From a virus, in the IMG/VR virus record IMGVR_UViG_3300036791_000797, positions 1 through 64,000 of that record: a stretch of 64,000 nt of DNA, one strand, 5' to 3'. Under the pieces are notes generated by a model. The model did not search any database and had not been told where the DNA came from. It saw only the letters and a program-made list of their open reading frames with translations. Positions 8,900-18,160 of the stretch are shown in pieces. Numbering within the stretch: the first letter of the stretch is position 1; every line of letters starts with the position of its first letter. The position numbers and the translations under genes are program-made.

Positions 8900-10219
8900 G
8901 TGTCCAAGCTCGGAGAGAAGCAACTGATCTGTCACCTCACCGACGACGACTCGCTGCACACCCTGGTCACCGAGGGCCTCAACCTGGCCATCGTCCCCAC
9001 CGCCTCCCTGCGGGACGTGGTGGCCTTCGCCCTGGACTACTACACGAACTCCAGCGGCAACCTGGCCCCCACCATCGAGGTGTTCGAGGCCCACGAACTG
9101 TCGGCCGGGCGTACTATCGCCAACCTCCTGGACGACCTGGAGATCCCCTGGCGGGACGGTTATGAGGTGTCCATCGAGTGGATCCTGACCGACCTGGTGG
9201 GCACCTACGTCACCTCCAAGTCCCAGACCCTCATGCGCGAGGGCGGCACCAAGCTGCTCGAAGCCGACACCGAGGACCGCCTGGAGGTCTTCTCCGACTT
9301 CGTCACCGAGGCCACCGAACTGGTCCTGTCCCTGCAGGAGCGGCGCACCAGGGTGGAGATGACCGCCGACATCGGGGAGCGGCTACTGGCCTACGAGGAC
9401 CGGGTGGCCAACAAGGACCTGCGCCGGGGCCTGACCATGGGCCTGGATCAGGTGGACGCCGTCACCTCCTTCATCCACCCCGGTGAACTGGCCATGCTGG
9501 CGGCCTTCGCCAAGCTGGGCAAGAGCTTCGCCTTGAACCGCATCGCCCTCATGGCCTGGCACTCGGGCATGCCGGTGGCACTGTTCACCCTGGAGAACGA
9601 CATCGACATGACGCTGGACCGCATGGCCTGCTTGGCCGCCGGGGTGGACCCGGCTCGTTGGCAACGCGGGGAGTGCCCCGACTTCGAGGTGGACCGGGTC
9701 CGGGACCGTTTGGACGAGATGGAGAAGTCCGACTGCCCCTTGCACATCCTCTCTCCCGATCCCGGTCAGCGCACCCCCCACGCCATGGTCCGCATGGCCC
9801 AGATCCTGGGGGCCGAGGCCATCATCATCGACCAACTCAGCCACATCGAGCATCCCGATCCGGGCCGCAAACGGGCCGACATCATCGAGACCGAGAAGCT
9901 GCGCTCGCTGCGCCTGCTGGTGGCCACCGGCCGTCACCGCATGTCCTGCCTGGTGGCTCACCAGATCAACCGGGAGGGCAAGAAGGCCGCCGATAAGCGG
10001 GGCTGGCATGAGATGTGGGACCTGGCTGAGACAGCCGGGGCCGAGCGGGAGACCGACCTGGTTTGTAGCATGTACCAGTCCAATGACATGGCCCAGGTAA
10101 AGCAAGTGCTATTCCAGATACTTGCCTCCCGGAGAACCGCCATCAAATGGTGGGAGATCAAGTGGCAGATGGAACAGGGTGACGCCAGAGTTCTGGGTGA
10201 GAAGCGGCCGTATGGCTAG
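8900..10219 (+). CDS. dnaB: DnaB-like replicative helicase
   Basis: PGELAMLAAFAKLGKS, FTLEN, IIIDQLSHI, AHQINR, ERETDLV. Confidence 0.9.
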   Translation: MSKLGEKQLICHLTDDDSLHTLVTEGLNLAIVPTASLRDVVAFALDYYTNSSGNLAPTIEVFEAHELSAGRTIANLLDDLEIPWRDGYEVSIEWILTDLVGTYVTSKSQTLMREGGTKLLEADTEDRLEVFSDFVTEATELVLSLQERRTRVEMTADIGERLLAYEDRVANKDLRRGLTMGLDQVDAVTSFIHPGELAMLAAFAKLGKSFALNRIALMAWHSGMPVALFTLENDIDMTLDRMACLAAGVDPARWQRGECPDFEVDRVRDRLDEMEKSDCPLHILSPDPGQRTPHAMVRMAQILGAEAIIIDQLSHIEHPDPGRKRADIIETEKLRSLRLLVATGRHRMSCLVAHQINREGKKAADKRGWHEMWDLAETAGAERETDLVCSMYQSNDMAQVKQVLFQILASRRTAIKWWEIKWQMEQGDARVLGEKRPYG

Positions 10220-11306
10220 GTTTCGCACCGGGGTAACAGGAGCTAAGGAGCGGTCCAGTGACTTCCTGGTCTACTCACTGCTATCCGACACCGAGAAGGA
10301 GCGGCTGGCCCGCTCCCTGCTAGCCGAGTTCGGGGTCACCCACGTCGCCAACGTCACCAATCGGGGCGAGATGATCCACTCCTGTTGCCTGCCCCTGGGC
10401 GGGCACCGCAACGGGGACGCCAATCCCTCGGCCTCCTTCAACTTCCAGAAGCTGACCTACAACTGCTACGGCTGCGGTAATAGCGGCGGCCTGCTGTGGT
10501 TCATCGCCACCTGCCGCGGCACCTCAGCCACCGAAGCCCGGACCTGGTTGGGCTCCCAGACCGGCATCGGGGAGGAGCAGGACCTGGCCGCCTTCTTGGC
10601 CTTCTTCGACGCCCTGTGGTCACCCCAGCGGGTCGAGCATCCGCCTCTGCCAAAGTACGACCCCAGTGTCCTCGATCCCTGGCGGCTCATTCACCCCTGG
10701 CTCACCGACGGCCGTCACATTCCGGTGGAGACCCTCATCGCCTTCGACGTGGGTTACGACCCCGAGTACCGGGTGCCCCTTCATGAGGGCGAGTCCCTGC
10801 GCTGGATCACCTCGGAGCGCATCATCATCCCGCACTGGTGGCGAGGCGACCTGGTTGGTTGGCAATCCCGCCGCCTCAATGCCGACGGCACGGCCAAGTA
10901 CCTCAACAGCGGGGATTTTCCACGGGAGTTTTCTCTCTACCATTACGATCCGAAACGACCGGCGTTAGTGGTGGAATCCCCTATGAGCGTGCTGTCCAAG
11001 TATGCCATGTGTTCTGACATCGAGGCTACCTTTGGGGCTTCGGTCACCGATTACCAGGTCCAGCTATTGGCCAATCATCCTAGGGTCACGCTGTTCTTCG
11101 ACAACGATGAGCCGGGCTGGCATGCCACCGAGGAAGTTGGCAAGACTTTGATGGACTATACCGACGTGCTGGTCATCGACAATCCTTACAATGCTGACGC
11201 CGCTGATCTCACCGAGGATCTCTTCAGCGATCTGATAGCCAATCCCATCCCGTTTGCCATGTGGAAACCACCCAAGACGTTGGCGGAGTTACCCCATGCA
11301 AGTTGA
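10212..11306 (+). CDS. dnaG: DnaG-like DNA primase
   Basis: CHC2-type Zn domain (C...H...NPSAS...CYGC), ERIIIPH...GWQSR...KYLNS, TOPRIM VVES / FDND / DAAD. Confidence 0.88.
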   Translation: MARFRTGVTGAKERSSDFLVYSLLSDTEKERLARSLLAEFGVTHVANVTNRGEMIHSCCLPLGGHRNGDANPSASFNFQKLTYNCYGCGNSGGLLWFIATCRGTSATEARTWLGSQTGIGEEQDLAAFLAFFDALWSPQRVEHPPLPKYDPSVLDPWRLIHPWLTDGRHIPVETLIAFDVGYDPEYRVPLHEGESLRWITSERIIIPHWWRGDLVGWQSRRLNADGTAKYLNSGDFPREFSLYHYDPKRPALVVESPMSVLSKYAMCSDIEATFGASVTDYQVQLLANHPRVTLFFDNDEPGWHATEEVGKTLMDYTDVLVIDNPYNADAADLTEDLFSDLIANPIPFAMWKPPKTLAELPHAS

Positions 11307-11523
11307 GTTTCATGTGGCCATCTTCGATGAGGACCAGGCTCAGCGCGAAAATAAGCGGGCCGAGATAGGATTCTCTTTCACTGGCATGACCGAAGTGCAA
11401 CGAGGACTGTTGATCTATATCCTGCGTCGAACCGCGGACAAGCTGGAAGAGCATGCACCCAACGAACAGGAGGCTATGGCCGATGTCTTTGCGGAAAACA
11501 GGGTCAGGGAAGATCCTCAATGA
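11296..11523 (+). CDS. hypothetical protein
   Basis: GGAG SD, overlaps primase end. Confidence 0.55.
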   Translation: MQVEFHVAIFDEDQAQRENKRAEIGFSFTGMTEVQRGLLIYILRRTADKLEEHAPNEQEAMADVFAENRVREDPQ

Positions 11524-11659
11524 GCAAGACGAGGACCTGACCAAGACCGGCCCAGAGCGTCTGGCCTCCTACGAGGCCCTGGCCACCGAGATGACCGAGG
11601 AAGAGCGCCGGGCTGCCATGAGTGAAGACATACGTCGAGCGCAGGGGAATGCCCAATAA
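11483..11659 (+). CDS. small hypothetical protein (start uncertain)
   Basis: GC3-rich 3' half of ORF 11453..11659. Confidence 0.4.
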   Translation: MSLRKTGSGKILNEQDEDLTKTGPERLASYEALATEMTEEERRAAMSEDIRRAQGNAQ

Positions 11660-12572
11660 TCCACCCACCCGGCCGCCCTGGGAACGCCAGCGCCCGGACA
11701 ATCCCAAGCCACCCCGGCTCAACCGCCAGGCCGGTCCCGGTGACGGGGCCTTCGCGGATGACATCTGGGTCGGTGATCCCGAGACCTGGGTGGCCGAACG
11801 CAGCCCGGCCTTCGTGGCGGCTCAGGATCGGCCCAAACCCCGAGCCGTGGAGGCCGGACCCATGGAGTTCTCCACCTCGGTAGGCCTGGAGCCCTGGCCC
11901 CTGGTCGTATGGGATGTCAATGCGTACTATGCCGAACTGGGCCTGTCCTTCCGCGCCACCCGGCGAGAGATCAGGGAGGCCTACCAGCGCCTGGCCGGGG
12001 ACGCCTCCGAGCGATTGACCTACATCGTCAAGCAACTCCTCGATCCCAGCATCCGCTCCACCTACGACGCCTGTCAGCCCGGCAGCGTCTTCTTCGATCG
12101 CTATATCGCGGAGTATGTCAAGGGCCAGATGCTGTCCGATCAGATGGCCGAGCATGGTCGTATCCTGACCTTCGATGACCAGATCGCTCAGGATCTGCAC
12201 TCCATCGACCTGAGCCAGTACATGGATCGACCGTTTGACATGGTCCCACCCATGAGCCACAATGGGCCATCTCGATGGCGCTGGGGGTTCTACCTCTGGG
12301 CCAGCGACGACTACAACACCGACAAGCTGCGCCAGTGGCAGGGACTTCTGGTAAGCGCTCTTGCTCGAAAGGGGGTCGTACTCAATCTCAGCGTCGGCCT
12401 GGTCGGCGGCTCCCTGGAGCCAATGAGGGTCGAGGCGGTTGGCTACCGAGTGGTCGCATTCCTGGACGACACTGAATCGCCAACTCTGGAGCTAGCCCAG
12501 GCTGCTGCAGACCGAGTGGTCGAGACCGTAATCATCATGCAATCCGAAAGGGTTCCCCGCCATGCCATCTAA
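11649..12572 (+). CDS. DnaJ J-domain-like protein lacking HPD
   Basis: YYAELGLSFRATRREIREAYQRLA ... LLDPSIRSTYDA. Confidence 0.7.
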   Translation: MPNNPPTRPPWERQRPDNPKPPRLNRQAGPGDGAFADDIWVGDPETWVAERSPAFVAAQDRPKPRAVEAGPMEFSTSVGLEPWPLVVWDVNAYYAELGLSFRATRREIREAYQRLAGDASERLTYIVKQLLDPSIRSTYDACQPGSVFFDRYIAEYVKGQMLSDQMAEHGRILTFDDQIAQDLHSIDLSQYMDRPFDMVPPMSHNGPSRWRWGFYLWASDDYNTDKLRQWQGLLVSALARKGVVLNLSVGLVGGSLEPMRVEAVGYRVVAFLDDTESPTLELAQAAADRVVETVIIMQSERVPRHAI

Positions 12573-13761
12573 GTTTCGTACCGGAGCGGAGGAAGCTGCC
12601 AAGTCGCAGATGGCCTCCTTCAACCGGGTGGACTTCTTCTCCGTTCCCGATGGGAAGTCTGTTGTCGTCCGCTTTCTCATGGACTATGACGAGTGGCCTT
12701 CTGTAGAGGTTCACACCATGGTTCCCGTGCAGAAGAAGCAGCCGGAGGGTCGCCGTAGCTGGCCCAAGACCGTCCCGGCCATCTGCCGTCGCACCAAGCT
12801 GCCGGATGCTACCCCACTGGACGTGCAGCAGACCATGCCGCATTTCCCCTATCTGTACCCGGACTGCTACATCTGCGATTCCATCCGTAAGGCCGACGGC
12901 AAGGCCATCGGTCGTTCCTCCCGCTCTTTCACTCTGGTTGTCATCCGCGAGGAGGTCCGCGGTGACGGTAGCGATGCTCTGGGTGGCGAGGCCAACAAGG
13001 GCAAGCTGCTCGGTTACAAGGACCGCATGAAGGAAGTGGCGGTCACTGATGCCGCGGGCAAGCCCACCGGGGATGTCGAGAAGGTCCGCGACATCCAGAT
13101 CGTGCAGCAGGCCTACAGCAACTTCTTTATCCACCTGGAGGGCATGGCCGGAGTCCATGGCACCCTGCTCGACCGCGACTACTTCATCAAGCGCAAGGGC
13201 GAGTCCACCGACACCGAGTACCAGATCGTCCACCTCGACCCCCAGTACGTCAACGGGGCCAACGGGCCGGTCATCTTCGACCTGCGTGACGCCGAGTTTG
13301 CCAAGCGCTACGGCATCGAGGTCACCAGCCAGGGCCGCATCTACCCCGAGGAACTGGACCTCGACGCCCACATCGAGCGCCAGATGGGGGACCGCTACTA
13401 CGGGCTCTACATCGACCCCCGTATTCCCCAGCCTGTGGAGGGCAAGTCGGATAACTCCTCCGATGGCCAAGCCACCGCCACCCCGGTGGCCAAGCCGGAG
13501 ACCGAGGGTAGCGCCGATCAGATGGCCGCCCTACGCGATCGCGTGGTGGGCTACTCCAAGGGAGCCAACGGCCCCGCAGAGGCCCCTGCCGCCCCGGCTG
13601 TGGCTCAGGAGGCCCCGGCGGTCACGTTGCCCCCTGGAGCCACCCTGGAGCCCCCTGTGGTCCCCGCAGCGGCTCCTGCGCCCCCTCAGACCCCGGTCAC
13701 CGTCCCTGACGACATGCCGGTAGCTCCAGGCCAGCCCGTGGTGGTGCCGGACTTCGGCTGA
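12562..13761 (+). CDS. single-stranded DNA-binding protein (gp32-like, putative)
   Basis: VVVRFL, C...CYIC Zn ligands, LLDRDYFIKRKGESTDTEYQI, Pro/Ala tail ending DFG; lies between primase and polymerase. Confidence 0.65.
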   Translation: MPSKFRTGAEEAAKSQMASFNRVDFFSVPDGKSVVVRFLMDYDEWPSVEVHTMVPVQKKQPEGRRSWPKTVPAICRRTKLPDATPLDVQQTMPHFPYLYPDCYICDSIRKADGKAIGRSSRSFTLVVIREEVRGDGSDALGGEANKGKLLGYKDRMKEVAVTDAAGKPTGDVEKVRDIQIVQQAYSNFFIHLEGMAGVHGTLLDRDYFIKRKGESTDTEYQIVHLDPQYVNGANGPVIFDLRDAEFAKRYGIEVTSQGRIYPEELDLDAHIERQMGDRYYGLYIDPRIPQPVEGKSDNSSDGQATATPVAKPETEGSADQMAALRDRVVGYSKGANGPAEAPAAPAVAQEAPAVTLPPGATLEPPVVPAAAPAPPQTPVTVPDDMPVAPGQPVVVPDFG

Positions 13762-13776
13762 CAAGATGTCCTAGAC

Positions 13777-13824
13777 GGTGGGTGGTCCGGCCTTGGGGAA
13801 GTGACCGGTCCACCCGCCTTCTCT
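13777..13824 (+). terminator. stem-loop after ssb
   Basis: GGTGGGTGG-T-CCGG ... CCGG-T-CCACCCGCC followed by TTCTCT. Confidence 0.5.
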
Positions 13825-13847
13825 CCTCTCAGGCTGGAAGGAGAAAG

Positions 13848-14003
13848 ATGACGGCTGGCACCGCGATAGACATCGCGGCCCTCTTCTTCAGTGGCGTGGC
13901 CCTGTGCTTCTGCGCGCTGACGGCCAGGAACCTGCGCCGGATCAAGCAGGCCAACCAGCGGACCCAGCAGGCCTGTCAGCGCATCGAGGCGGCCAGAAGG
14001 TGA
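13848..14003 (+). CDS. small membrane protein
   Basis: AAGGAG SD; one hydrophobic helix then basic tail. Confidence 0.6.
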   Translation: MTAGTAIDIAALFFSGVALCFCALTARNLRRIKQANQRTQQACQRIEAARR

Positions 14004-14347
14004 CCTGGCCCTGCCCGGCGGGCACGGTGGTACGGGCCGTACACCCCGACCTGGAGATCCCCATCCGCACGGCCTGCCGGGGCCACCTGTTTCAGACCAT
14101 GAACTCCGCCGTCCCGGTGGAGGCGACCTACTCCGAGTGCCGCTACGTGCAGGTCGTCACCTGTCTGGTGTGTGGCTACATCACCGCCCAACTGGATGCC
14201 GATTGGTTCCATGAAGCCACCGACGATGACATCACTGATTGCATCTACTACGTGGGTCAGATCATCGAGCATCTGCAGGAACGGCGCGAGAACCTGATCA
14301 AGCTATCCAGCAAAGCCCCGGCCTTCCTGTTACCGGCGGACATATGA
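14000..14347 (+). CDS. Cys-rich hypothetical protein
   Basis: GTGA / ATGA overlaps; CRGH...CLVC. Confidence 0.6.
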   Translation: MTWPCPAGTVVRAVHPDLEIPIRTACRGHLFQTMNSAVPVEATYSECRYVQVVTCLVCGYITAQLDADWFHEATDDDITDCIYYVGQIIEHLQERRENLIKLSSKAPAFLLPADI

Positions 14348-17300
14348 GACTCTTCACCCTCGAAGCCAATCTGCCCGGCAACGACCGAGCCATCATCAAC
14401 TTCGAAGGGGAGACCCAGGCCGCTCCCTGCGTGATGCGCGACTCCGATGACTTCCTGCATCTGATCGTGGTCACTCCCTACGTCTACAACAACACCTGGG
14501 AGCAGGCTTATCCCCTGGGGATCTCAGTGATAACTCACTACGACGGGCGAAGCTGGAACCATCTGATGGCTGATGCTTTCGTAGAGCAACGTCAAGTAGA
14601 GCCGGGTCGCTATTTCATCGGTATCGGGGCTCGCAGCCTTGATCATCCAACTCCATTCCGGCAGCTTGTTTTTGAACATGAGAAGCTCGATCAAATGGAG
14701 CGGGCCAAAGGTGGCTTCGTCAATGTCCACACCCATACCGAGTTCTCCGCCCTGGATGGCCTGTCCAAGGTTGAGGAGATCGTCAAGCTGGCCAAGGACA
14801 TGGACCAACCGGCCCTGGCCGTCACCGACCACGGCATCTGCGCCGCCCATCCTCACCTCCAGATCAAGGCTCGCGAAGCCGGGATCAAGCCTGTCTTCGG
14901 ACTGGAGGCGTACTTCGTCAACGACCGGCTGTGGCGGCCCAACGTCGAGATCCCCACTGTTACTGGCAAGGAAGCGAAGATCGACCAGGAGATGCAGGCG
15001 AAGCTGGAGGAAGCCAAGGCTGAGAGGGCACGCCAGCAGGACATCGGCAAGAACGGCTACTACCACCTGATCCTGTGGGCCATGACCACCGAGGGCCTGC
15101 ACAACCTGTGGGCCATGTCCACCGCCGCCCATCGGGAGGGCTTCTACTACCGGGCCAGGATGGACTGGGAGGTCCTGGAGCGCCTCAACACCGGCATCAT
15201 GGCCTCCACCGCCTGCCTGCGCGGCCCGCTGTCGGTGCCCCTGCTGGCCGACGACGAAGAGCTAGCCGTCCGCAACCTGGCCCGGCTGCAGAACGTCTTC
15301 GGGGACCGGCTCTACATCGAGCTTCACGCCAACCAGATCCCCGAGCAGGTCAAGGTCAACCACGGGCTCATCACCCTGGCCCAGCGCTTCAGCATCCCGC
15401 TCGTTGCTGCCGTCGATTCGCATTATCCCTGCCGGGAGGATCGCCCCACCCACCAGACCTGGCTGGCCCTGCAGACCAAGGACGACATCCAGGACGAGAA
15501 CGACCTCTTCGCCCGCAGCCAGGAGTACCACCTCATGGACCGGGCCGAGGTGTGCAACGCCCTGGAGGCCCACTATCCCAGGGGCCTGGTGTCGGCCGCC
15601 TTGGACCAGACGGTGGCCCTGGCGGAGCGTTGTGATGCCGAGGTGGTCTCCTCGTCGCGTCCGCCTATCTTCTCCAAGCCCACCCCGGCCATGCGGTACC
15701 TGACCGAGGAGGAGGTCACCCAGACCCTCCTGCAGGCCGATGTCACCCGGCTCATGGATATCTGTCTGGCCAACTGGGATCGTAAGGTCATAGGAAAGAC
15801 CAATCCAGAATCGGTGTATAGGGAGCGTTTCGAGAAAGAAATGCTCATGTATATCGACAAGAAGTTCTGTGGGTACTTCGACATTGTCAGTGACTACACC
15901 CGGTGGTCCAAGGAGCAGGGCTGGATCATGGGACCCTCCCGTGGCTCGGGTGGGGCCTGCCTGGTGGCCTATCTGGCCGACATCATCGAGATCGACCCCA
16001 TCGAGGCTGACCTGCCCCTGGCCCGGTTCATGACCCCCGGCCGGGTGGATCCCCCCGACTTCGACCTGGACTGGCCCACCACGGTGCGAACCCCGCTGCA
16101 GACCTACGTGGCCGAGCGGTGGGGTGAGGGCCATGTGGTGCGCGTCGGCACCCACACCCGGCTGAAGAACAAGGGCGTCTTCCGCTCCCTGGCCATGATC
16201 TACAAGTCCGACCCGGATCGCCAGGTGGACTTCCGGGACCTGGAGGCCATCATCGAGATCATCCGGGCCGAGGAGGCTGACTCCGCCGGGCTGGGCAAGC
16301 CCTGGGACGTGGTCTACCTGGCCAACGAGGATGTCTTCGCCCCCTACGTGGTCAAGTACCCGTGGCTGTTCGACCTGGCCGACAAGCTGGTGGGACGGCT
16401 CAAGAGCTACGGTCGTCACGCCGCGGGGATGGTCATCTCCACCGAAAACACCCTGACCGACTGGCTGCCTATGCGAATGGGCGAAGACGGTCACATGATC
16501 TCCGACTTCGACATGGAGGCCCTGGAGAAGCTCCACCTTCTCAAGTTCGATTTACTCACCTTACGCACGCTCGATACGTTGCAGGAATGCATTGATCTGA
16601 TCCACAAGCGCCGTCCCGATGCGCGTGTGGACATCTACTCCTGGGCCAAGGAGATGTACCAGGATCCCCTGGTCTGGGAGGGCATCCGGGATGGCTACAC
16701 CATGGGCCTGTTTCAGGTGGAGACCCCGGCGGTGACCGGGTTGATCCGCCGTATCCAGCCCAACAACCTCGATGAACTGGCTGACGTGATCACCCTGGTG
16801 CGGCCCGGTCCTACCAACTCCGGCCTGACCAATACCTACATACGTCGCAAGTTCGATCAGGAGCCCATCTCAGTCCCAGATCCCCGGCTGGTCGATGTCC
16901 TCTCCAAGACCTACGGCTGCATCGTCTACCAGGAGGACATCATCAACGTCTGTCGCATCCTGGCCGGGTACGACGAAGAAGAAGCAGACGCAGTTCGCAA
17001 GGTGCTTGGTAAAAAGAAGATCGAACAGGTCACTACCATGGGGCAAAAGTTCATCCCCGCCTGCGTCGAAAGAGGGATGGATAAAGAGGCCGCCGAATCC
17101 CTGTGGCATCAAATGGCGGAGTTTTCCAAGTACAGCTTCAACCGTGCCCACGCCTATGCCTACGCTGTTCTTTGCTATTGGACGGCCTGGTTCAAGTTCC
17201 ATTACACCCCGGAGTTTCTCACCTCGGTGCTGTCCACTGCCGACAAGGTCCGTATCCCGGACTTCGTCAACGAGGCCCGGCGCATGCACTTCAAGGTGCT

Positions 17301-18147
17301 GCCGCCCGACATCAATGAGTCCGGGAAGGGGTTCACCGCCTATGACACCTCGGTGCGCTACGCCCTGGACGGCATCAAGGGCGTGGGGGACGCGGTGGTC
17401 GAGGCCCTGGTCTCCGGCCAGCCCTATGCCAGCTTCGAGGACTTCCTGGAGCGCAAGGGAAAGGCTTGCAACGACGGTCACGTCCGGCTGCTAGCGGAGG
17501 TGGGGGTCTTCGACAGCGTCTACCCCCATCGCCATGAGCTAGAAGTTCATCTGAACTATCAGGCCACCCCGGAGTCCACCCAGTGCGTCCACCTGGACCG
17601 TACCAGCACGGTGCCCAATGGTTTGCCCTGCGGCTTCGATTGGTCCTCCGAGCCGGTGGAGTTCTCCAAGACCGGCAAGCCCAAGAAGGCCAAGCCGTTG
17701 CCCACCAAGTGCTTCAAGGGCTGCCGCCGCTACACCGCCCCGCCGCCCTGGACCCCCGAGGTGGATCCTTACACCCCCTCTGACATCCAGGACAAGGAGA
17801 TGGAACACCTGGGCGTCTGGCTGTCCTCGACCCCCTTCGACCGTATCCCGCCCAAGGACCTGGAGATGTGCCACACTGCAGACTCCGTAGTGCGCGGTCC
17901 CCTCGGGCCATACCTTGTCGCCGCTATCATCGAGAAGGTAAACCGCCGTCGGGATCGTTATGACAACGAGTATGCCTGGGTCAAGCTCTTTGCCCAGACA
18001 GGCTCATTCGATACGGTGTGCTGGAGCAAGACATTCGATGAACTGAAGAACATGCTCCGGGAGGACATCCTGGTGATCGCCTACGTGAACAAGAAGATAA
18101 GTCGAGAGCGTGAAACCTATGAACTCACAGCCGTGATGCCTGTGTAG
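14344..18147 (+). CDS. dnaE: DNA polymerase III alpha subunit (DnaE) with N-terminal extension
   Basis: PHP VHTHTEFSALDG, AVTDHG, DSHY; RGSGGACLVAY, PPDFDLD, HAAG, KFDLL, YSFNRAHA, LPPDINES. Confidence 0.96.
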   Translation: MRLFTLEANLPGNDRAIINFEGETQAAPCVMRDSDDFLHLIVVTPYVYNNTWEQAYPLGISVITHYDGRSWNHLMADAFVEQRQVEPGRYFIGIGARSLDHPTPFRQLVFEHEKLDQMERAKGGFVNVHTHTEFSALDGLSKVEEIVKLAKDMDQPALAVTDHGICAAHPHLQIKAREAGIKPVFGLEAYFVNDRLWRPNVEIPTVTGKEAKIDQEMQAKLEEAKAERARQQDIGKNGYYHLILWAMTTEGLHNLWAMSTAAHREGFYYRARMDWEVLERLNTGIMASTACLRGPLSVPLLADDEELAVRNLARLQNVFGDRLYIELHANQIPEQVKVNHGLITLAQRFSIPLVAAVDSHYPCREDRPTHQTWLALQTKDDIQDENDLFARSQEYHLMDRAEVCNALEAHYPRGLVSAALDQTVALAERCDAEVVSSSRPPIFSKPTPAMRYLTEEEVTQTLLQADVTRLMDICLANWDRKVIGKTNPESVYRERFEKEMLMYIDKKFCGYFDIVSDYTRWSKEQGWIMGPSRGSGGACLVAYLADIIEIDPIEADLPLARFMTPGRVDPPDFDLDWPTTVRTPLQTYVAERWGEGHVVRVGTHTRLKNKGVFRSLAMIYKSDPDRQVDFRDLEAIIEIIRAEEADSAGLGKPWDVVYLANEDVFAPYVVKYPWLFDLADKLVGRLKSYGRHAAGMVISTENTLTDWLPMRMGEDGHMISDFDMEALEKLHLLKFDLLTLRTLDTLQECIDLIHKRRPDARVDIYSWAKEMYQDPLVWEGIRDGYTMGLFQVETPAVTGLIRRIQPNNLDELADVITLVRPGPTNSGLTNTYIRRKFDQEPISVPDPRLVDVLSKTYGCIVYQEDIINVCRILAGYDEEEADAVRKVLGKKKIEQVTTMGQKFIPACVERGMDKEAAESLWHQMAEFSKYSFNRAHAYAYAVLCYWTAWFKFHYTPEFLTSVLSTADKVRIPDFVNEARRMHFKVLPPDINESGKGFTAYDTSVRYALDGIKGVGDAVVEALVSGQPYASFEDFLERKGKACNDGHVRLLAEVGVFDSVYPHRHELEVHLNYQATPESTQCVHLDRTSTVPNGLPCGFDWSSEPVEFSKTGKPKKAKPLPTKCFKGCRRYTAPPPWTPEVDPYTPSDIQDKEMEHLGVWLSSTPFDRIPPKDLEMCHTADSVVRGPLGPYLVAAIIEKVNRRRDRYDNEYAWVKLFAQTGSFDTVCWSKTFDELKNMLREDILVIAYVNKKISRERETYELTAVMPV

Positions 18148-18160
18148 GGAAAGGAAGTAT

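Noticed and set aside
13837-13846. Another copy of the late-promoter motif (GAAGGAGAAA)
   Set aside because: No CCTGYC at 20-nt spacing; works as an ordinary SD for ATG 13848
15262-16536. Long antisense ORFs (also 18236-19477, 46892-48115, 50326-51489, 56011-57243)
   Set aside because: Shadows of GC3-rich sense genes with no recognisable motifs, unlike the HNH at 55507-55965
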